DNA from: Kiritimatiella glycovorans | GTDB lineage: Bacteria > Verrucomicrobiota > Kiritimatiellia > Kiritimatiellales > Kiritimatiellaceae | DNA: 32,000 bases | Direction of reading: 5' to 3' | NCBI RefSeq assembly: GCF_001017655.1 | Contig: NZ_CP010904.1 | Coordinates: 510,001-542,000, forward strand | Shown: positions 31,938-32,000 of the stretch, piece by piece | How positions within the stretch are numbered: position 1 is the stretch's first letter | Layout: each line of letters opens with the position of its first letter | Notes under the pieces: generated by a model | Seen by the model: the letters and a program-made list of their open reading frames with translations, nothing else | What the model was told of the DNA's origin: nothing | The model's database searches: none | Made by a program: the position numbers and the translations under genes

Positions 31938-32000
31938 ATGCCGCCGCGACGTTATTCACGCGTAGCCGTCCTGATGGGCGGTACGGCGTCGGAGCGAGAG
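31938..32000 (+). CDS. ddl: probable D-alanine--D-alanine ligase, N-terminal 21 codons (runs off the window)
   Basis: MPPRRYSRVAVLMGGTASERE resembles the Ddl N-terminal motif (K/R)(I/V)AVLFGG.S.E(H/R)EVS. Only 21 codons are visible, and other ATP-grasp enzymes are not excluded. Confidence 0.35.
   Translation, partial: MPPRRYSRVAVLMGGTASERE

Noticed and set aside
1-32000. Looked for tRNA, rRNA, integrase, transposase or IS terminal inverted repeats bounding the 23.3-30.6 kb accessory-looking patch.
   Set aside because: None was recognisable by eye. Island boundaries therefore rest only on gene remnants, a GC dip and repeats.

Overview
This is a high-GC bacterial chromosomal segment (mid-60s % GC, estimated from hand counts of a few lines). 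All calls come from reading the sequence and recalling family motifs; no database search was run. The secreted EF-hand hydrolases and general gene content suggest a PVC-group or similar Gram-negative organism, but that is only an inference.

**1-17.6 kb: housekeeping.**
- rplM-rpsI, with a promoter-like site and a clean intrinsic terminator.
- A same-strand arginine/lysine biosynthesis array: argJ, argB, argD, argG, lysA, dapA, dapB.
- An ECF sigma / anti-sigma pair, divergent from uvrC.
- A DUF218 protein, then adjacent pyrB-like and argF-like carbamoyltransferases.
- An SNase-like exported protein and miaB.

**17.8-23 kb.**
- A NifX/NifB-domain gene.
- An orphan two-gene ExbB/TolQ-like + ExbD/TolR-like module. 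Its anchor subunit carries a ~280-aa coiled coil plus a C-terminal domain I cannot assign. This is my best candidate for an undescribed system.
- A PIN/antitoxin pair and glyQS.

**23.3-30.6 kb: a decaying accessory patch.**
- A frameshifted ASPIC/UnbV gene remnant.
- Two secreted EF-hand alpha/beta-hydrolases. The second is an in-frame chimera of three hydrolase pieces.
- A lower-GC AbiEi/AbiEii toxin-antitoxin pair with an upstream inverted repeat.
- A ~730-bp repeat-dense non-coding region.

rhaA and a probable ddl start close the window.

A modular short-repeat family recurs in at least three intergenic spacers. Its parts are GTACGA hexamers, CCTTCATGK nonamers and TTGTGG motifs. I saw no rRNA, tRNA, CRISPR array, transposase or integrase.
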